Assembly: GCA_951406725.2 (NCBI GenBank)
Contig: OX597823.1
Location: 23,808,001-23,872,000 of the forward strand
Source: Octopus vulgaris
Taxonomy: Eukaryota
Direction: 5' to 3'
DNA: 64,000 nt
Positions within the stretch are counted from its first letter, which is position 1, and each line of letters starts with the position of its first letter. Made by a program: the position numbers and the translations under genes. This document shows positions 39,387 through 52,922 of this stretch, piece by piece. The notes beneath the pieces were generated by a model. That model was given only the letters and a program-made list of their open reading frames with translations, had not been told where the DNA came from and did no database searches.

Positions 39387-40489
39387 GTAATATAAAATGC
39401 TTGTTGCTTTCCAAAAGACATAGCTGTGAAGTAATTTTCAACTACACAGCCAAAACCTCCATGCAAAACCACATTGTTGTTTATCAAATTTGTTGTCTCC
39501 ACAGCTATACTGCACCTCATCTTGGTTGTTTTGCTCTTAATTTCTCACTTGAACTTTTTCATCCATACTTTAAGTTATCAATCAAGATCCTCCACAATAC
39601 CCTGTGCCCAACTTTACCAAAACTTGACAATCCTCTGAAAAACAGAAAAAGATGAGGATGATTCTACAATATTCATTAATATTGCAGGACAACTGCACTA
39701 TCAAAATTCACCCCGATAACCATGGATAAGTGAGCTCTGCCATTATTGTTCTCTAAACCTACATGTTTATGCCATATAGTTTTCATTCACTCAAGCCTGT
39801 TTTGCTTCTTCTACCTATCTTTTAATTATTACTCATGAGGACAGTATCTTCCTTTCCATTCTCACTTTCTTTGCAACTGAAACTTCAAAAATACTAATAA
39901 GAGATTGGCTAAGCAAGAAAGTCACTGTTATCTGATCTATCAACCGTATCCACCTTGCAACCTCATTTGCTATCGCCACCAAGCAAGAAAACTGACTTCT
40001 TTGATTGGTTGAAGGAATGTGTGAAGCAATCAGCTTCATAGGCTTGTCTCATATCCAGATCTATCCCATGCAGAAGACCATCTGTTTGACATAACTCTGC
40101 AAGTTAGCAGTATATAGAAAATGAAAGACTGCATGCAATATTATTTCATTTTACCACAAGTATCTGGAACATTTTTTGTGATGCACTTTTATGACTAGAT
40201 TTTATCTTGGGCCAGTAGAACCCTTTTGTAGCACTGCTGAGCCAAACACTTCAGAATATTGTCCATAGAATTCCCTGAGAAAAAGCATTGAAAAATGAAT
40301 TGTCATTTTATTTTCATTGTTGCTTAGAGCAACCCTGAGAGTATCAATATATTGTTAGAATGGAACACCTACAAATCTCATTGCTCAGGTCACTTTTGAT
40401 GTAGCATTAAACGAGATGTGTGTCCTAGTCTTTTTAAGGCTTTTGAGTGTGATTGAAGGAAATTTTGCTTATAAGTTTAACATATTGTG

Positions 40490-40800
40490 AGCAGGTGAGG
40501 CTGTATGATAAGAAGCATGCTTCCCAGCCACATAATCCCAGGTTCAGTCCCGTTGTGTGGTGCCTTGGACAAATGTCTTGTTCTATAGTCTCAGGCCAAC
40601 CAAAGGTTTCTGAATGGATTGGTAGACAAAACTGAAGGAGCCTGTCATACATGTGTGTGTGTGTGGTCTTTATGTTTGTCTTCCACCATTACTTGACAAC
40701 TGGTGTTTGGTGGAAAGAGGCCAATAGAATAAGTACCAAGATTTAAAAAATATAAGTAGTGGGGTCTATTCTTTTAACTAAAAATTCTTAATATTGGAGC
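40490..40800 (+). mobile_element. Degenerate SINE (34-kb family)
   Basis: GGTTCAGTCCC B box, CCTTGGACAAATGTCTT, GGTAGACAAAACTGAA and AGAATAAGTACC. Confidence 0.8.
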
Positions 40801-42064
40801 CTAACAGATCTAAGTTATACCCCAGGAAGTGCTCTTATGTCATTCAACACAACCATCTGATCCTTCAGATGATCATGCCAAACATGATTCAATGTTAATA
40901 TATTTATTTCAATAATAAATACTTACATACTCAAGCTGGGCATGGTCTATGTTAATGTCACAGTTTGAAAAAGGAAGGTGGCCCTAGAATCCCATGACAC
41001 AGCTTTATTTTATTCTGTCATAACTTGTTTACTGAAAAATAAAGCTACCACCTTGTAATGTATTAAAAATTCCTTGTTTAGACACATGGCCAAACAAAAT
41101 TTGAGAAATCAATGTAATTCTGTGATATTCATGTCTTTCTTAAGAACTCCAACTCCCTATATAAAGTGAACTGAATTAACTTGCAAACCAAACTTAATTA
41201 ATGGACTCAATCTACTCTATCTGTGTTTTTATTAAATGAACAGCTAGAAGAAAATACACAGGTCATCTTCCTGCAGGGTAAAAATGTATATTAAAAATTA
41301 GCTGTTTACTGAACAGCAATATTATATTTGATTTAAATTTCACCCCTGGTGGGTGCTCAAATCATTATGTTAATGACTTATTTTGGTCATGAGATTCATA
41401 AGTGACAACCTTTTTTCTTCATCTCACTAAAAGTACAATATTAATTTAGAATTTCTTAGCTTGCTACATTAAGTTGTGAGTGTCTATATTTACTACACAT
41501 TTTTATTTCTTCGCTCGATAATGAAAGGGAAGTTATTTTTGTTCTATAAGGCAAAACGTTGCAAGATCAGTTAATTGATGTGTTACAATCCTTGTTATGA
41601 CTAAGTATAGTTAGTGTCGTCCATTTACATAGTGGCTTGAAATCACAACAGAATATATTTCCCCTTTCATACTTCTGTGGTTGATGAAATGAGCATTAGT
41701 CATATACCGAGGTTGATATATTGTCATGTATCTTCACTGCAGAGTGTGTATCTTTAATATTGGTTACTTCAACGATCATTATATTTTTGTATTCTTGTGA
41801 TGAAGGGTAATAAATCAACAAAGTCATTTGAGCATCAGAAAAATGTGTTGTGGAATGTGTTCTGGCTATTTGACTTTTGAGTATAAATCCTGCTGATGCT
41901 GACTTTGCTCTTCTTGGGTCAATAAAATGTAATGCTTGTCTGGTGCAGAGGTCAACCTAATAAACTTATTCCTTCCTCTAAATCTTGGCCTTGTTTCTTT
42001 ATTGCAATGTATTGTTGTTGTTATTGGTATATTTCATTGCCTTAAATTTATTTTTTAACTCTAG

Positions 42065-42301
42065 ATTCTGCGATCCATTTTGTGAAAGTAAATGATGCAT
42101 CTCTGGATGTGACGGGGAAAATATTGAGTAAGAATGCAGTAACAGCAGACGCTTGTGCAGAAAGATGTCTTTCTGATGAAAATTGTTTATCATTTGAGAT
42201 GTCTAAAGGAAATGGTAAATGTTACTTATTGAAGCAAACAGCAGCTTCTCACAAGAAAATAAAAACAGACAAAAGCAGAGATTACTACCAACGAGTAAAA
42301 T
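42065..42301 (+). CDS. Exon A3: PAN module (subtype A)
   Basis: ctAG|…T|GTaatt, 237 nt. DSAIHFVKVNDASLDV…DACAERCLSDENCLSFEMSKGNGKCYLLK…RDYYQRVK. Confidence 0.9.
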
Positions 42302-44339
42302 GTAATTATATTTTGTATTTTATTATTGGATATTTTTTCCTCTTTTTCTGTACTCACGATTCCAATTTGTACTTCAGAGTTATTTGTGTGAAGACACATA
42401 TGACAGACATAAACATATTCTAGAAATATGCAGTATTAAGAACTGTGAATACTGGCAGCGCATTCTAACACAAACTTTGTTCACTTTGAACACATTAATG
42501 CATGCTTTTGATTAATATTCTTTATAGAGGGAAGAAGCCTTTGTTTTCTGAAACCTGGACAGTAGTAATGGCAGCAGCAGTAGTGATAGTACAGGTCAAA
42601 ATAGCATTAGCAGTAATGTTATCAACTGCTTTCTCTTCATTTCCATATGTGGGTGTGGTTTAGTGCTATTACTGCATAGTGCCTCAAGATTAGAAGCTGT
42701 TGTACTTAATCTGATATACATAAATTACACTAAGGGAAATGCCAAACTATGTGGTTGTGTATCTCTTATATTTTGGCATGGTTATGGCAGGATTCTTTTC
42801 TATTACCGTCCATTATACACATGGAGAGTACATTTTGTCATGCTACTAGAAGTAGAGAAATTGTTTGCTGTGAGTGAAGAAGCTTCTTAATATAAAATAA
42901 ATTCCCATTTACTAATTGTGAGAACAAAATAGCCAAGAAATTAACTCAGTTTTATTTCAAGGTTGTTGTTGTTTGCTGCTAAAATATTTCCTTCTTGAAA
43001 CAGAGAACACCAACAGAAATTTACTAGTTTTAGTGATCACAAAGTTAGCAGTCTCATGAATACTAGGATTTCAATACTGTAACAGAGAATTTTTCTCAGT
43101 GAAAATGAAGGCAAGCCATTTCAATATGTATATCTATGAGGGCCTTCAACTGGGCTGAAGTTGTATACCTCATTGCAATCTTTATTCTGGTCACCAACAA
43201 GAGGTTCAATTACATTGACAGATCAGGTTTGTACAGGGACAATTGCCTCGCAATTCCAAGTAATATTAATGGCCATGCCATGAATATATAAAGAAAACCT
43301 CAAATGGAATCTTAAAGAACTAACATTTTAACTTAATGAACATTACTTTAGACTTGAAACCAGGTATAAGAGAGTTAATACTCCTACAGGAAGCCTAATA
43401 AGAAAAACAAACATTTTCAGAGGAATTACCAGTATTTCCAGAGCGCATTATGAAACATTGAATCTGGTTTTCCTAAAAGAATCTCCAATTTATTCTCAAA
43501 TAGAGATACTTTTGACAATATTTTGTGCAATACAACGAGGTGTTAGTTAAAATTGTATTTAGACAGCAGTTAGTTTAAACAGATTATGCTCCACTTCCAA
43601 ACCTGAAGAAAACTAGGAAATAAAATAACTTCTCTTCAGTCTAAATGTCTCCATGAGTACTGCTAGAAAGGTTTAATCCTGCATTAGACACTCTTTCTCA
43701 TGTGCACATCAGCACCATAATCTTATGAATGTGCATAGTATTATGAATAGTTACTTCTGTCCAGAGTTTTCAGCATTGTATGTTGCAATTGAAAAAATAT
43801 ACTCATATCCAGCTTTTATCTGTGACACCTACATTTAGCTGCCAAAGCCAATCCCCATCTCTCTGCTGTGAGAATTCAGCCTTCAAGAATAGTGGTTTTT
43901 AGAGCAAGCATCACTTAACCTGATTGTTTCCTAATGAATTACATGGGAGTCTCACCCGATAATTTCAAGGAAAGATACTCCTTCAAGTTCTTGTTTAGGA
44001 AGAAGTGTGCCTCACTATCCTGTTTTACATGGAAACGTTAGGAACATAAAATGATCCTTGCAATATAAACTCAGGTATACTCATCAAATTGACTCCCTCA
44101 TCAGAAGTCAATCTTTCTACTCTTAACTAGGTCAGAGAAAGCGCATACATATGTGTGTACATATGCAAGTGGAGTGCTTGAATGAATATTTGTATGTAAG
44201 TATATATTCATGGGTATGTATCTATGTATGTATGTAGTTATGCATTCCTCTATGTAAGCATGCATGTATAAAATGTATGTGAGGATATATTTGATATGAG
44301 GCTTCAACTAACAATATAATATATATTCATACTCACATA

Positions 44340-44441
44340 CATACATACATATATATAAATATAAATATATATATATATATCCATACATATATAAATAAAT
44401 GCATACATACACACATATATATATATATATATGTATACATA

Positions 44442-44521
<80 letters not shown>

Positions 44522-44587
44522 TACATATATAAATAAATACATACATACACACATATATATATATGTATACATATATCTATGCATATA
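44340..44587. repeat. Compound (TA)n/(TATC)n/(TACA)n microsatellite with a duplicated block of about 60 bp
   Basis: ATACATATATAAATAAAT…GTATACATATATCTAT occurs twice. Confidence 0.9.
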
Positions 44588-46128
44588 GGCAATTACGGAG
44601 GAATTCAAGACAGGTTGCCTCTGGGAGCTCCTCTATGCTGACGACCTTGCTCTAATTGCTGAGTCACTATCAGAACTAGAGGAGAAGTTCCAGGTGTGGA
44701 AGGAGGGTTTAGAATCGAAGGGCCTTAGAGTCAACCTAGCTAAAACCAAAGTACTAATAAGTAGGAAGGTAGACAATCTACAAATGTCTTCAGGAAGATG
44801 GCCCTGCTCGATCTGTAGAAAAGGTGTAGGTAGAAACTCTATAAAATGTACCCAGTGTAAGCTATGGACACATAAGAGGTGCAGCAATGTCAAAGGTAGG
44901 CTAACTGGGAAGATATTTTTTGTATGTGGCAGATGCTCGGGAGCATTAACCCCCGAAAATCTGCAGAAAACAACTTCCGTCACTTTCCAGGGGAAAAATC
45001 TTGAAGTAGTTGATAGCTTCCGTTATCTAGGTGACCAAGTCAGTAGTGGGGGTGGGTGCGTTGAAAGTGTAACTGCTAGAATAAGAATAGCCTGGGCAAA
45101 GTTTAGGGAGCTCTTACCTCTGCTGGTGACTAAAGGCCTCTCACTCAGAGTAAAAGGCAGACTGTATGATGCATGTGTACAAACAGCCATGCTACATGGC
45201 AGTGAAACATGGGCCGTGACTGCTGAGGACATGCGTAAGCTCGCGAGGAATGAAGCCAGTATTCTCCGATGGATGTGTAATGTCAGTGTACATACTTGAC
45301 AGAGCGTTAGTACCTTGAGAGAAATGTTGTATCTAAGAAGCATCAGTTGTGGTGTGCAAGAAATACGATTGCGCTGGTATGGTCATGTGGCGAGAATGGA
45401 TGAAGATAGGTGTGTGAAAAAGTGCCAATCCCTAGCAGTTGAGGGAACCCGTGGAAGAGGTAGACCCAGGAAAACCTGGGACGAGGTGGTGAAGCACGAC
45501 CTTCGAACTTTAGGCCTCACTGAGGAAATGACCAGCGACCAAGACCTTTGGAAATATGCTGTACGTGAGAAGACCAGGCAGGACAAGTGAGCCCAGCCCA
45601 CTTATGCATGTCTTTCCTCCCTTGGACACAAAGACCTGTTGAGGCAAGCAAATCGATATCGAACCTCATCCGACGACAGGCACCCATGCCAACCCCCTTT
45701 GCTTGCAAAGACATGTTGGGGAAAGTGAAATCAAAATCGAAATCAGAATCGAAATTGAACCAATCCTATGACTGGCACCCAGCAGATGCCAGGGCCCCTG
45801 GACTGGTGGTACGTAAAAAGCACTATCCGAATCGTGGCCGATGCCAGTGCCGCCTTGACTGGCTTCCGTGCCGGTGGCACATAAAATGCACCAATCTGAC
45901 CGTGGCCGATGCCAGCCTCGCCTGGCACCTGTGCAGGTGGCACGTAAAAAGCATCCACTACACTCACGGAGTGGTTGGCGTTAGGAAGGGCATCCAGCGG
46001 TAGAAACATTGCCAGATAAGACTGGAGCCTGGTGCAGCCTTCTGGCTTCCCAGATCCCCGGTCGAACCGTCCAACCCATGCTAGCATGGAGAACGGACGT
46101 TAAACGATGATGATGATGATGATGATGA
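44588..46128 (+). mobile_element. 5'-truncated RTE LINE, a close sibling of 5885-9114
   Basis: Starts just before ELLYADDLAL and includes the PHD finger, GRGRPRKTW, the 3' UTR repeats and a (GAT)n tail. One in-frame TGA near 45297. Confidence 0.95.
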
Positions 46129-46614
46129 TACACACACACACACACACACATATCTATATATGTAAATTGAAGGAAATAGAGAAATACCATTCATACATTA
46201 AAAATTTATGTGCATCATAATATAATATACTATAAAAAGATATAACAAAATATAACAAATAATTAAAAGAAATATAAATCCAACAATTTGTTTCGACTCA
46301 TATCAACCAGTTTATTTATAAAAATTCACATTTATAGATATAAGTCTCTCCATTTATTCAAAATCAGACAGAAATTCTATGCAAGGACTGTAAAATTATA
46401 AAGTAGACTGATTTAAAATATGTGTATGTTTTCAACCCTGAGTGATAATAATTAAAAAATATAATCAGTACAATAAGAACAGCAAAATTCAAGTGGATAA
46501 AACAATTCAGTAGAGAAAATTTACAACAGACATAAAAGGTTCTTATGGATCTCTAAATAATATTAATCAAAATATATTTTAATCGAAAATAATTACTGGT
46601 CATTTTATTATATA

Positions 46615-47065
46615 ATATCTGGCAAGTAAAGTGAGATCACAGCTATGTCCGACACCACTATTGCATAACCAGCCCATTTGAAAGTAACCTTGAATCATGA
46701 GGCAATATGCTGCACCTGTTGAATTAAGGAAAATCAATCAAAAAAATCAAATCAAAATGGGAATCGTAGTTGTGGCCGATGCCAGTGAGAAGAGCTGTTG
46801 AGTCAAGTGCAATCGAATTGTGGCCAATGACCTGGCAAGTAAAGTGAGATCACAGCCGTAGTCTATACCAGTGTTGCATAACAAGCCCATTTAAAAGTAC
46901 CCTTGAATTGTTGGGTGATATACTGCACCTATTGAGTCAATTAAAATCAATCAAAATATCAAATCAAAATGGAAATTGTAGGTGTGGCTGATAATAAGCA
47001 CCATACAAGTGTGGGTCGATGCCAGTGCCGCCTGACTGGCTGTCCATCCTGGTGGCACTGAAAAA
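46615..47065 (+). mobile_element. RTE 3' UTR fragment with a tandem duplication of about 210 bp
   Basis: CTGGCAAGTAAAGTGAGATCACAGC…GCATAAC..GCCCATTT occurs twice; homologous to 63160-63400. Confidence 0.7.
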
Positions 47066-47289
47066 TGTTAAAAAATAAATCATTTTAGCAGATGTCTGTT
47101 AAAATGATTTATTGATGAGCACTTCTTTATATTCTCCTTTATAAGATTGAGGCATTTTTGCACATTATTCTTCCTGTCGGATTTATTTTCATACATCTAT
47201 CAAAACATATGTTAGTGATATGGTGATATAAATAATTTAGATAACATTTTAACTGATTGCCTCTAATTATTCTCATATATGTGAATATA

Positions 47290-47565
47290 TGTATGTATGT
47301 TTATATATATATATCTATATATATATATATATAAACTCCCCCAGATGCACATACACATATAGATATGTATACATGCAGACACACACACATATATATATAA
47401 AAACATGCATACACACATAAATATTTATCTACATATATATACATAGACATAAGTATATATACACAGAAATAGACATACTTACTACATATATGTACATACC
47501 CACACATATATACTTACATATATATATAGCTACATACATGTACATAATCATATATTGTGTGTGTG

Positions 47566-47625
<60 letters not shown>

Positions 47626-47693
47626 TTATATATATACATATATACATATATTTATATATATACATATATTTATATATATACATATATTTATAA

Positions 47694-47739
<46 letters not shown>

Positions 47740-47745
47740 GTGTGT
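47290..47745. repeat. Long (TA)n/(TACA)n microsatellite tract
   Basis: Direct inspection. Confidence 0.95.
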
Positions 47746-47901
47746 GTGATTGTGTATAGAAGAATATATTAATAAAAAGAATTCCAACCTTGTCTGATTT
47801 TCACGTTTTATTTACAATCTTATAATGATATATTTTAAGATAATATATTATAATTGAATAAAATAAAATGAAATAGTAGAATGTTAAATATTCATTCTGA
47901 T

Positions 47902-47946
47902 TGAACTAGTACTTTCATGCATTGAATTCTGCAATCTTCGGGTTCA
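47902..47946 (-). ncRNA. Minimal hammerhead-like motif of the Penelope-associated type, with one core substitution
   Basis: Minus strand: tgaac-CCGAAGA-ttgca gaattcaa tgcat-GAAAGTACTA-gttca. Stem I has 5 bp and stem III is the palindrome AGTACT. Confidence 0.55.
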
Positions 47947-48548
47947 TGTAGTAGTGTTGACAGTCATGCTTCACAATTTTTGACTGTAGCAAGATGATTG
48001 ATTCTGTGCTATAAATACAGCTGGGAGAGGCTCCAGAGTGCTAGGTTTTGCAAACTGTATTCTGACCAATCAGTGTGTAGTATCACTCAATTACTTAAGC
48101 TGATTGGTTGGTTGAGCTGATTGGTTTAGGCATCACGCTTTGTTGGACATGTCAAGAGTCCTGTATCTTGACCCTGGCCGAAGCAGCAATTGTTGAGTTA
48201 TTTTTAGAAATGTTGTAAATATCCTTTGTCAGAAATTTTTATATTTCAATTGTCATTATCATCATTGTCAGCACCTTAATTATTGTTGCTAGTGGTGATG
48301 GTGGTGGCAATAGAACTTTTAACCCTAAATAAGATAATTTTCCTGCTATCTTCATCTTCATCACCTTTAGTATTGTTGTTGTTGTTAGTGGTCATGGTCG
48401 TAGCAGTGGAAGTAATACCTCTAAGTATTATTATTATTGCTTATTTAGCTTGGGTTCGAATTTATCAATAAAATTCTTTTCTCTGATTTTCCTCTGGATT
48501 TCACTTGGGCTGTGTAATTTGTAGAATGGAAATATTATATATATTTTC

Positions 48549-48594
<46 letters not shown>

Positions 48595-48689
48595 CTGCAT
48601 ATTCAATAAAAATTAATAAAATTTTCTAAACACATATTTAGAAGAGTGTGTACAAGATAGAACTTGTTTACATCTGTCATTAAGGAGTT

Positions 48690-50460
48690 TCTTCTTAGAT
48701 GACAAGTGTAAACGTGTCTGCATGCATGTTCAGATTTGACAAGGACTGAGATGATGTGCTCAATTGTCTCATTGTTGTGGTTGCACATTCTATCAAGTTT
48801 TGCAGGGTATTGGCCATGGAGTGGTTTTTCTCTCAATTTCATCTTCAGTATATTTTGTAATTCTTTTTTCATGCTGTTTTTTTGTCTCTGACCATTTCTG
48901 CCATGTTGTCATTTGAGGTCAGTTTAGCAGTGTACTTTGTTTCTGTCTTATATTTTGTCACCTCCATAAGTATAGAGAAAAGAATTGTCTTCTACTTGTG
49001 CTGCTTTATTACATGCAGTAACCTTCCATATTTTGTTTCTAATTACTTTCCTAGTGTAGCTGTTGTTATATTATAGTAGTTCTCTACCTTTGTCAGGCCA
49101 CGGACTCCTTGTGAGGAGGGTACATATGTTGTAGATATATTTTGTCTGCGTGTGCTTTAGTGTGGTGACTTAAGTATGTTGTCAATATTTCTCTGTTTTC
49201 TATTATCTAAGTATCTCAATTCACTGATCTTCCAGTTTATTATGTTTAAGATGTAATCTATGGCTAGTATGGCTAGCATGTTTATTCCTATTATCTTACT
49301 TTTAGCATTAAGTTCAGAGTTTAATATTAGACTAACTCTTCTGCAGTTCTCTCTAATTTTCTTTTGCATTTCTGTGTGTTGTATTTCAGCTATTTTATCT
49401 ATTCATAAATATTTGCAGGAGTGATTGTGGCCTAATTCTTGGATTTCTTTGTCAGGTGCAGTACTGATTAATTTGACTCGCCTTAGTGTAACTCTAGCAA
49501 ATTTGTCCAGCCCCATGCACATTCTGATGTCCTTGCTGAAACGATCGACAATTTGGAGACAGATTTTCTGCTCCATGGTGCATTTAGTTAAAATTTTAAA
49601 GTCATTCATGTATTGGAGATGGTTTAGTCTTAAGTTCATTTCTACAGATGTTCTAGAGAAACTATAGCCAGAACTGATTTTTGTTACAGCATTATTTTGT
49701 ATTGAGACCGATGTAAAGAAACAATTGAAGACGAAAATGAGTAATGAGTGTATATAACAAAATTTGGGGGTTTTGCCCTTTCATCAGCACCTATATAACC
49801 CATTCCCACATCTGAACATATTGCTTATATAGCCACTGCATAGAATGGTGTTAAGTTATTGGGTATACCAATTTACATATTAGACATATTCCTGGAGCTG
49901 GTACATAAACATTAATGATTTGTAGGTATGTGCTACTTTGTTATGCAAACATAATATACCATAAAGCATACTAAATGTTTTCATAAGTCAGTACCCAGTT
50001 CTACTCAGTCAGCAGTGCTTCTTACATTATTTTGTTAAGGTTATTTCTACACCTGACATCTCGATAGGAAACGTTGTAGCAAAGATCAGTTCTGGCTATA
50101 ATTTCTATAGAATTTCTGTAGAAATAACCTTACCAAAATTATTTTAAAAGCCCTATTGATGCCTGAGAATGTGGTAATGACTTATAAAAACATTTGGTAT
50201 GCAAATCATTCAGGTTTATTGTTTATCCCTAGAACCTATAAACAATAGTGGTTTCATTTAAAAAACTTGTCTGTGGGGTTAGAGAAAGGCAGAAAGTAGG
50301 GGTGACAGTGAGCCTGCTTGGAAATTCCTTCTTCTGATGGGTATAGAGCAGGTTTTAATGATTTGTGAGTCATTTTTTAATGTTATATTGGTTTTCCAGT
50401 TTGTCATTGCATGTTTAATATATTTTATTAGTGGTGGGATGACCTTATTCATGGGGAGAG
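48690..50460 (-). mobile_element. R4/Dong-like RLE retrotransposon remnant, interrupted by a MITE
   Basis: LNHLQYMNDFKI (YMDD-like), RVSLILNSELNAKSKIIGINMLAI and EKPLHGQYP…CNHNNETIEHII. A GIFQGDSLSP-like motif lies near 50300-50330. Confidence 0.75.
49634..50129. mobile_element. Non-autonomous DNA element (MITE) with TIRs of about 55 bp, possibly PIF/Harbinger-like
   Basis: GTTCATTTCTACAGATGTTCTAGAGAAACTATAGCCAGAACTGATTTTTGTTACA (49634-49688) is the near reverse complement of 50075-50129. Flanks are TAA and TTA. Confidence 0.7.
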
Positions 50461-50759
50461 ATTATCATTGTTATTATTATTATTATCATTATTTTCATTA
50501 GCATCTTCTTTCAGTTCTCGTTCCACTTCTTGCTAAGTGTGTTCCTGACACCTAGGGCAGTGAAACATACTGTATACATTGGTAGGCCATTAAAACAAGC
50601 ACATTCATTTGTTCATTGACAGTCATGTGATAGAGAATAAGGGATGACAGAGAGAAAAATGAAAAAATGAAAAAGAGAAAAGTAAATAAATACAATAAAT
50701 GGGACAAAGGAGAGCAAATTCACAGAGATGGTGCTCATTTCAATACCTGTGATGTACCA

Positions 50760-52130
50760 GTTAAGTCAGTCTTTAGCAATTCTTGCATGGATGGTAAGCC
50801 AGGGATCATTCTTAAATAATTTCCAAATCACTGGAAATTGTAACCATCTTGAAATGCCACATGTTTTCGATTTTGATTAGCAAATCTTTATATTTTCGGA
50901 GCTTATAAAATTCTTTTACTGAGATATTATGGGCACAAGGAATACTCGTGTCAATCAACAAATAGACTTTATTTCTTTTGTCTATCACAATAAAATCTGG
51001 TTTATTTGCCTTGATGATTCAGTCTGTACATACTGCGAAGTCCCAAAAATAGTTACATTTTCTCCCTCAGTTACAGCTTCAGAGTGGTACTCGTACCATT
51101 CGTCAGCAGTTTTGAATTTATAATACCAATAAATTATCCTATGTAGATATTGGCCAACTCTGTCATGTCTTGATTTGTACTCTACAAGTACTAAAACCTC
51201 ACATATAGAGATTAAGTGGTTGACTATATCTATCAGCACTTTTGGTCAATACCTTTTATCATCACATTGGTTTGATAGTTTGGGGTTAATAAGCTCTGAT
51301 CGTGGGCAACCAAGATAAAACCATCATTCTCTGCCTATAGCACTGAGCTCCATAGCCACTGATAAGTGTGCTTCTGGTCTACATCAGCTTGTTTGCTATG
51401 GGCCACATAGTTGCCATGCAGTTTTTGTTCCCACCCATCAGACAATTTTTCAAGCACATTTTGCTTTGCTATTGATTCACCTTCTTTGCAACTACAGTTG
51501 CTGCACTTCCCTCATGCTGTTCAACCTGAGTATTATGCATAAACTCACTTGAACATTTTTTCCCCTCCTTCGTAACTGAATGAAGCTTCCTCTTTCATGG
51601 TGTTCCATGAGCATCCAGTCCTTATATATTTCAAGATATTTTGGTGGTTTTGTAGATTTCAAATTGGATAAATCTTGATCTCCTTGAGCTCTGGGTAGGC
51701 AAAAATCGTCTGCCTCTGCCTTTGGGTGGTGCATTTTATTGCAAGTCAGCAGGTTACGGATTTTTCTGTCAATCTTCCTTATTTTGCTCACATTCCAGTT
51801 CAACACATTGAAACTGTAAATAACAACCAGAACTGCTAAGGAATTTATAGCTAACACCTTGTTATGTGCATTTAACTCAGATTTTAGGACTGCTTGAACT
51901 CTCCTGTAACATTCTTTCTTTATCTTCTCATTCATACTTGCATGTTGAATGCCGGAGCCCCCATTTATTCCGAGTTATTTGTGAGTTTGTTCCTGCTTGA
52001 GTTATTTTATGAGTGTGTCAAAACCACTGAACGTGAAGTCTTCAGTGTTCCTTTCTGTAAAGTGGCCTTAGCACATTTATCAAGACCAAATTCCATCCCA
52101 TTATTACAGGAAATGAAATTTTTAATATAA
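50760..52130 (-). mobile_element. Second R4/Dong-like RLE retrotransposon remnant
   Basis: KECYRRVQAVLKSELNAHNKVLAINSLAV…RKIDRKIRNLLTCNKMHHPKAE and YKSRHDRVGQYLH. Confidence 0.8.
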
Positions 52131-52429
52131 TATGAAAAAGCCATCTGGTGCATTATGAAATCCTAATCCAACCAGAAAATTATGTTTTTGCATAAGACAA
52201 TCTTCTCAGAATAAATAAGAATTCTGCTACATCAGGAGACATACATGAATGCTCACCTGAATAGTTTGGTTGTACGTAATCCTTTCATACATCCCTCCCC
52301 TAATGGCATGTAATTCTTTAATATGGCATGGCAATTACAACACTTGATACATTGGTTAACTACCTGTTCTACCACTCTTGCATGAATTCTTAAAAGGGTA
52401 TCATTTTGGAAATAATTTTTTTATTTCTT

Positions 52430-52880
52430 TTACCTTTTAATTGTTTTATTCATTAGACTGCAACCATGCTGGGGCACTATCCTAAAGAATTTTAGATAGA
52501 TGAATTAACCCCAATAGTTACATTTCTTTAAAACTTGAAACTTTTTATGATAGTTTATTTTGCCAAACTGCTAAGTTACAGGGACATAAACACCCCAAAA
52601 CCAGATGTCAAGCAGTGGGGGGGGGGACAAACACAAATACAAACATAAAGATTATCTGTCTCTCTGTCTATCTCTCCCTCTTTCTTTCTCTCTCCCTCAC
52701 ACACAAACACACACACACACAGTGGACTTTCAATTTCTCTCTATCAAATCCACTCAAAAAGCTTTGGTTGGCCTAAAGATATAATAGAAGGTGCTTGCTC
52801 AGAGTGTCACACAATGGAAGAGAACCTAAAATCTTGTCATGTGTTTAAGAAGCAAACTTCTTACCATAAATCCACGCTTT
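52430..52880 (-). mobile_element. Degenerate SINE (34-kb family) ending about 45 nt upstream of exon B3
   Basis: Reverse-complement matches: CCATGCTGGGGCAC, GGGGGACAAACACA and CAAATCCACTCA.AAAGCTTTGGT. Confidence 0.7.
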
Positions 52881-52922
52881 TGAGTAAAAAACATATTTCT
52901 TGTTTTCTTTTTCTTTTTTCAG

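Noticed and set aside
43130-44130. Possible very old Penelope-like remnant on the minus strand
   Set aside because: Only faint motif similarity and no diagnostic RT or GIY-YIG motif readable.
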